A DNA stretch of 64,000 nucleotides from the IMG/VR virus record IMGVR_UViG_3300042860_003432. One strand, given 5' to 3'. Source of the DNA: an uncultured virus (IMG/VR IMGVR_UViG_3300042860_003432). Taxonomy: Duplodnaviria; Heunggongvirae; Uroviricota; Caudoviricetes. The translations under genes and the position numbers were made by a program. This document shows, piece by piece, positions 58,886 to 64,000 of this stretch; the stretch's first letter is position 1; each line of letters begins with the position of its first letter. The notes under the pieces are model-generated. The model made no database searches, was not told where the DNA came from, and saw only the letters and a program-made list of their open reading frames with translations.

Positions 58886-59794
58886 TCAAGATGTTTTTAT
58901 TTGTTGTTTTCTAAGCTTTGAAAATGCCCTTGCGATGTCTATATGCACATCGTCCGAATACTTCTTGTATTTTAATGATATCTTTTTGATATATGGTTCA
59001 ATATCTGGATATACTTTTAACGCTTTTGCAATCGCATATATATCATCTGCCGCGTCTTGAACATCCTTCTCATAATAACTATTGTTCATGGCGATTTCAT
59101 CGACACTCATCTTATCGTCGTAAATCGCCGATATAGTGTCTTTTAGTTTATCTAACTTACCTTTTGCTCTTAGTATCTTAAATACAATATTTTCTTCACT
59201 TAGTTCGCCGCCCTTGTCTAATCCTGCTTGACGAAACTTGTATATCTTGTCAAGTAAATCTTTTAGCGGCTTTTCGCTGTCTGCATCCATCAAGTCGTCT
59301 ATCTTCTTTGAGTACTCTTTATACTTCTTTTTTATAAGTGACTTGTTGAAGTTTGGACTTTCTTTCTTTGGTTCTTTTATCCATTCGTTTCGTAGAACAC
59401 TATACTTTGATGCAGATACCTGTTCTGCCCCTATATCTTCAACATATAACTCAACATCAAAGTTTTTCATCACAATGTCGTGCTTGCTATTCCAACCAGT
59501 TTTAATCGCATCAAACATCGCCTGTGCGTCTTCTTTGCTCATATCAAGTTTGGAAAAATCAGTTGATATATGTAGATCAATATCTGAATATGGCGTCCAG
59601 TTATAATTGGTAATAGAACCAATAAGAAGTATGTCTTCTGTCTTGATGTTTATATCTTGGTTCTTTTTTAAGTCCTGCACAAAATCCATCGCGATCTTGA
59701 TGAGCGATTTTCTTACTTCGTCATCAAGTCTCGCACCATCTTCATTGATGTTCCATATAGGAGCAAGTTTGTCGTTGTATAAAGGATAATTCAT
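58886..59794 (-). CDS. Nucleotidyltransferase (Pol beta superfamily)
   Basis: IGSITNYNW..YSDIDLH, VELYVED. Confidence 0.85.
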   Translation of the reverse strand: MNYPLYNDKLAPIWNINEDGARLDDEVRKSLIKIAMDFVQDLKKNQDINIKTEDILLIGSITNYNWTPYSDIDLHISTDFSKLDMSKEDAQAMFDAIKTGWNSKHDIVMKNFDVELYVEDIGAEQVSASKYSVLRNEWIKEPKKESPNFNKSLIKKKYKEYSKKIDDLMDADSEKPLKDLLDKIYKFRQAGLDKGGELSEENIVFKILRAKGKLDKLKDTISAIYDDKMSVDEIAMNNSYYEKDVQDAADDIYAIAKALKVYPDIEPYIKKISLKYKKYSDDVHIDIARAFSKLRKQQIKTS

Positions 59795-60039
59795 CTTCCA
59801 CCTCGTCTGTTTGCTACATCCATCCATTTGATTACTTCATTGCGAACAACTTCTGCTATATCTTCTGAATACTGAGATATAGGAGTATCTGCTGCTGTAA
59901 GGTCTTTATGTTGATGTGCTACAATATTGTTTTTTATTAATACGTCTGCAAAAGCCTTGCACGCCTTTTCAAGCATAACCATGTCGGATACATGAAATTG
60001 TTCTTTTAGCAGCAAAGATTTTAGCGAAACGTGATTCAT
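59791..60039 (-). CDS. Hypothetical protein
   Basis: 82 aa, ATGA-coupled; SLKSLLLKE N-terminus. Confidence 0.6.
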   Translation of the reverse strand: MNHVSLKSLLLKEQFHVSDMVMLEKACKAFADVLIKNNIVAHQHKDLTAADTPISQYSEDIAEVVRNEVIKWMDVANRRGGR

Positions 60040-60599
60040 ACAGACACAATCTGTTTAATCTTATTTATGCTGCTCGCCGCATCTTTATGTAAAATAGCAA
60101 TTCTATTTTCACCGGAATTTTCCCAAGCAGTTATATTCTTGTCTGTATCATCAAGTAGTATATGAGTAAGTCTGACATCCGCTCTATCAATGATATATTG
60201 TGGCTTTGATACGCCGGACGAAGCAATAATAACTTGAACACTTGGGTCTATATGCTTGCGTATCCATGCAGTTTTCTGCTCTTTTATTTTTGTGCCGATG
60301 CCTGCACTCAGTACAACAGCGGGTGGATCTTTGAATCTATCTTTTATATAATCCCAAAGAACTTTAGCGTCTGGCAATGGTTCTAGGTCAAGCCAGAAAT
60401 TAGGATTTTTATTTACTACTTTCCAAAAAGTGTTTTTGCCATTTTTTGCTTCATAGTCTTGAGGAGATAATCCGCCAGAAACTGCCTTGAATCCTTTATC
60501 AAGGTTTACAAGAACTCCGTCCATATCCACATACATTTGATATTTAAGTGGAGACTTTTCTTCTACTTCTTTCAATAGATTTTTTAGGAGTATATGCAT
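60036..60599 (-). CDS. HAD-family 5'(3')-deoxyribonucleotidase-like
   Basis: YVDMDGVL, FW..LEPLPDA, K.AW, LLDD. Confidence 0.85.
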   Translation of the reverse strand: MHILLKNLLKEVEEKSPLKYQMYVDMDGVLVNLDKGFKAVSGGLSPQDYEAKNGKNTFWKVVNKNPNFWLDLEPLPDAKVLWDYIKDRFKDPPAVVLSAGIGTKIKEQKTAWIRKHIDPSVQVIIASSGVSKPQYIIDRADVRLTHILLDDTDKNITAWENSGENRIAILHKDAASSINKIKQIVSV

Positions 60600-60611
60600 A
60601 TTTTATAAATA

Positions 60612-61409
60612 TCACGGTTTTGTTGAATGCACAAGTTTTTTCTTTGAGTTTTCCCAAACTATCTCGACATCGTAACCGACCGACATTAACTTATTTGTTT
60701 TAATGGCATCTTTGTCCCATTTTTCTTTTGCTGTCATGCGCAAAGATTTATTATAATAATCTGATTTGTATTTTTTAGGATTGCAATGCCAATAATCCCC
60801 ATAGCACTCAATTACTTTTTTGATCGAAGGTATATAAATGTCCACAGAACAATGAACGTCTTTTAGATATTTTTCAAGAACTGCATCTGGATATTTTAAT
60901 AAAACAAGATCATACGTTTGTTTTTGAAACTTTGATATGCGTTTTCCGTTTGATAATATAGCAGAAGGGCTATCAAAATAGCACGCGGTTCCGTATTTTT
61001 TCATACAAGTATTTGCAGCTTTTTCTGGGTTGTTGTATTTATAATTTCCGTATTTTTCTAGTTTGGTTTTTGATATTTTCTCAACCGAGATTGGATCTTT
61101 CATAGGATTGTTGTCATTTATCCAAATTTTAAGTTTTTCTCTCTTTTCTTTTGAACTTCTGTTACATTCATTTGAGCAATATTGCTGCAATTTTCCAGAT
61201 CTTGGGTGTAGTATTCTTTTATATCTGTCAAACGGTTTATTGCAATTTAAGCAATTTACAATTTCGTGATTTTGCGATTTTCTCCAAGCATACATTGCTT
61301 TTGTATCTATGAATCTTTTATTTCTGTGCTTCCAATCAACAGTAAAAGATTTACCGGTCCATTCGCAAATTTTATTTATTGACATTGGGTTTCCATAATT
61401 TGTTTTCAT
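60612..61409 (-). CDS. Putative homing endonuclease (Zn ribbons plus Vsr/DUF559-like nuclease)
   Basis: CLNC, YCSNEC, EKYG/KKYG, VDIY...IECYGDYWH, IVWE. Confidence 0.8.
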   Translation of the reverse strand: MKTNYGNPMSINKICEWTGKSFTVDWKHRNKRFIDTKAMYAWRKSQNHEIVNCLNCNKPFDRYKRILHPRSGKLQQYCSNECNRSSKEKREKLKIWINDNNPMKDPISVEKISKTKLEKYGNYKYNNPEKAANTCMKKYGTACYFDSPSAILSNGKRISKFQKQTYDLVLLKYPDAVLEKYLKDVHCSVDIYIPSIKKVIECYGDYWHCNPKKYKSDYYNKSLRMTAKEKWDKDAIKTNKLMSVGYDVEIVWENSKKKLVHSTKP

Positions 61410-61464
61410 ATAAATATAAATATATGAACCGGTAGGCAAAATGATGAAATCTTGCTATATAAAA

Positions 61465-61492
61465 AAGAAACCCACTAAAAAGTGGGTTTCTT
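61465..61492 (-). terminator. Intrinsic terminator after sheath
   Basis: AAGAAACCCACT-AAA-AAGTGGGTTTCTT. Confidence 0.75.
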
Positions 61493-61511
61493 GTAATCAA
61501 TTTTTTATGAT

Positions 61512-64000
61512 TTATGCGCTCGGAAAAACGGCACCCGAAGGGAGTACATTGAAGTCCAATACAATCATTTCAGCGGTACGTGTTGGCTGAATATAGATCT
61601 GACCATACAATATGCCACGATCAACTAGATCAGGTGTATTGTTGCTGTCGTCCATAACAACCTTGAAGGCATACACACCCGAACGCTGCTGTACGCTTTC
61701 CAAGTATGGATTGACGATGTTCAAGAAACGTTGACGAGTTGTTGCTACGTTCTGTTCAAACACTAGGAATCTTGAAGAAGAAGCGATGAACTTCTTCAAC
61801 GCGATCAATAGACGGCGAACATTTACGCGATCCAATGCACTTGGATTACGTTGCAGTGTCTTCTGACCCCAAGCCACAACGCCTTGACCAGGAAACGCGG
61901 CGATTGGGTTTACGTGACCTTCATATAGAGTATCACGTTCAGTGTGTGTCAATCTATCTGCTACAGACACAGCCGTTGGGATACCGCCTCGATTTAGACC
62001 TGCTGGGGCAAACCACTCAGCGGCAACTTTATCGTTGGCGGCATAGACGCCCATCATTACTACTGAAGGAGGAACGTTCATGATCTTGTTACTATTGGTC
62101 TCAGTAACTTTGACCCAAGGATAATATGTTGCAGCATAGTTTGTATCAAACTGACCGGCCAGATCTACTACGTTTTGAATAGCAGTTGCACCGGCTGTTT
62201 GATTTGGAGCAATGTCCATGATATAGAATGCGTCGCCACGACGTTCGCACATATCAACGATTGAAGTTGCTACATATGCGTGGTCTTCGTAGTTAATGCC
62301 GGGAACAGTGATGAGGTTGAAATCAAACTCATCCGCATTGCTTAAAGCAGCAATTGATTGTCTATAAGCATATGTACCACGACTTGTTGACGTAGAGCAA
62401 TCTAGTCCCTGTTGATTTGTTGGCAATATATCATTACCAATTAATACTGGAACAGATGGCGATTGACCATCAAATCCACCTTGGAATCCTAGAACAAAAC
62501 GACGCTTCTTAACATTTGTATTTTCTTGAGAAGCAACATACAATGGAGAAACTCCGCAATATGTTTCTAGGTCAAACGCAACATTAGCTCCTACCGCAGA
62601 ACCTTGTGGTACTGGAGCGAAGTATTGCTTATTGTCTAGTTCTGGACCGACGCTAGATCCATTTGGATATAGAGCAGCAAGATCCGCGTCTGCTTGTGCT
62701 GGTGCTGGTTGGAATACTACACCAGAAGCATATCTACCTGGCTGTAACAAGTACGCCGAGGCAGAGCAGTATTGCATCGCAGGAATCTTGCCCAAACGAG
62801 CATAATCACCGCCGACTGGTGTGGCATATGGACCAAATCCATATGGAATTGCGTCAACTGGCCATGGAGCAGTTGCCATTTCAACACGAACATATTTGCT
62901 CTTTTGTGGGAAGTCTCCAAATTCCAGAATCTTACCGTTGAAGTCGATATAGTTGTATGTGTCACCAATACGACGAGCAACATAATTTGCACTATTGACA
63001 TCCAAGTTTAGATTATCAAAACGTTCTAGATATACAGGCTTTAGGTCTGTATCACTATAGCTGCGAACCGCCAACGTGAATGAACCATACGAGGTGCCAG
63101 GTACAGAACCAGGTGACTTTACGTTTGATATTTCAAGTTTATATGCTGTATTTGCAGCGGTGCCATCTGTCAGAGTATGTACCTTGAATAGATCATATGC
63201 AGCACTCGAAGACACTCCGCTACCAGTAAAGGCAGCAATTAGCTGTGAGCGAATGAACGGAGTATATGCATTTGTGAGATCAAATGCGGAAGTTCCATCT
63301 GCTGGCTCAATACCATCTTCAAAATCCATTGCGTCGCGAGAAAAAATAGCAATCTTCCAGCTACCAGAAGCAAGCATTTGATTTATAATTGTTTTGGTAC
63401 GATGTTTGAAGTTTTTGTATGTGTATGCTGCTTCAATCTTTTGACCAGCAGCAACAGGAACATAACCAGCTTTTGGATCAGTACCAAACACGTTTGTAAT
63501 ATATTTGTTTGATTCTTCGTCCAATGAGAACTGATATGTACCATAAGAAGAACTTGCCGTATTTCCGCTTCCATCTGTATAGATAGTGTTTAACGCCAAC
63601 GAGAAATCGGCGGTGACAGAAACGACCGACGATGTTGATAGCAAAGATCCGCTGAATCCATATAGATTCTGACTGCGATCATATGCGGTATTTGCCAATA
63701 CGGCCAACAATACGCTATCACTTCCGGTGGCATAAGAAGAACTTCCACACCCATCCTCGGTCAATCCAACACCTGGAGTAAATGCGTTTGGATTGAACGC
63801 ACCATATGAGCCAGTTAATACACCTTCAATTTCAAGTTCAAAATCGCAAGCACCTGGTATGCGGCGGATTGTCAATGAAGACAATCTTGAACCGTTCCAA
63901 GGAGCATCGCCAGAAATAGTGAATGAGGTATTTGTCGCAGAAGCTGTGGCAAAGAAGTAATCCAAGCAACCATCGGAAGCAGTAACTGCTCCGTATAGGT
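61512..64000 (-). CDS. Tail sheath protein (gp18-like), 5' partial
   Basis: FQGGFDG, YYPW, WFAPAGLNRG, WGQKTLQ, LDRVNVRRL, FEQN, QPTRTAE. Confidence 0.95.
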   Translation of the reverse strand, partial: LYGAVTASDGCLDYFFATASATNTSFTISGDAPWNGSRLSSLTIRRIPGACDFELEIEGVLTGSYGAFNPNAFTPGVGLTEDGCGSSSYATGSDSVLLAVLANTAYDRSQNLYGFSGSLLSTSSVVSVTADFSLALNTIYTDGSGNTASSSYGTYQFSLDEESNKYITNVFGTDPKAGYVPVAAGQKIEAAYTYKNFKHRTKTIINQMLASGSWKIAIFSRDAMDFEDGIEPADGTSAFDLTNAYTPFIRSQLIAAFTGSGVSSSAAYDLFKVHTLTDGTAANTAYKLEISNVKSPGSVPGTSYGSFTLAVRSYSDTDLKPVYLERFDNLNLDVNSANYVARRIGDTYNYIDFNGKILEFGDFPQKSKYVRVEMATAPWPVDAIPYGFGPYATPVGGDYARLGKIPAMQYCSASAYLLQPGRYASGVVFQPAPAQADADLAALYPNGSSVGPELDNKQYFAPVPQGSAVGANVAFDLETYCGVSPLYVASQENTNVKKRRFVLGFQGGFDGQSPSVPVLIGNDILPTNQQGLDCSTSTSRGTYAYRQSIAALSNADEFDFNLITVPGINYEDHAYVATSIVDMCERRGDAFYIMDIAPNQTAGATAIQNVVDLAGQFDTNYAATYYPWVKVTETNSNKIMNVPPSVVMMGVYAANDKVAAEWFAPAGLNRGGIPTAVSVADRLTHTERDTLYEGHVNPIAAFPGQGVVAWGQKTLQRNPSALDRVNVRRLLIALKKFIASSSRFLVFEQNVATTRQRFLNIVNPYLESVQQRSGVYAFKVVMDDSNNTPDLVDRGILYGQIYIQPTRTAEMIVLDFNVLPSGAVFPSA

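Noticed and set aside
1..64000. Stop-codon recoding or CRISPR array
   Set aside because: Core genes are intact in the standard code with TAA, TAG and TGA stops; no suppressor tRNA or repeat-spacer array seen

Overview
A 64-kb segment of a large T4-like (myovirus-type) bacteriophage genome. It uses the standard genetic code and is almost entirely encoded on the minus strand. Left to right it holds: 12 tRNA genes interleaved with several structured non-tRNA elements; a holin-like gene; RNA ligase and a 2H phosphoesterase; clamp loader, sliding clamp and a family B DNA polymerase; a glycosyltransferase cassette next to a Thr/Pro-rich protein; rIIB/rIIA; a vWA protein plus a MoxR-type AAA+ ATPase; nrdAB; helicase, 5'-3' exonuclease, UvsX/RecA and gp32 SSB; a second (family A-like) polymerase; baseplate, tape measure, tail tube and sheath genes; putative internal head proteins; and four free-standing homing-endonuclease-like genes. 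Four observations stand out. (1) The AAA+ gene is cut in two by a GIY-YIG endonuclease with no visible intron or intein, and the halves carry extra acidic and basic extensions that may re-join them non-covalently. (2) A ~230-nt and a ~300-nt structured ncRNA candidate lie in or upstream of the tRNA array. (3) There is a probable +1 frameshift in the tail chaperone before the tape measure gene. (4) A gene-32-style pseudoknot precedes ssb. All calls come from reading motifs by eye; no searches were run.
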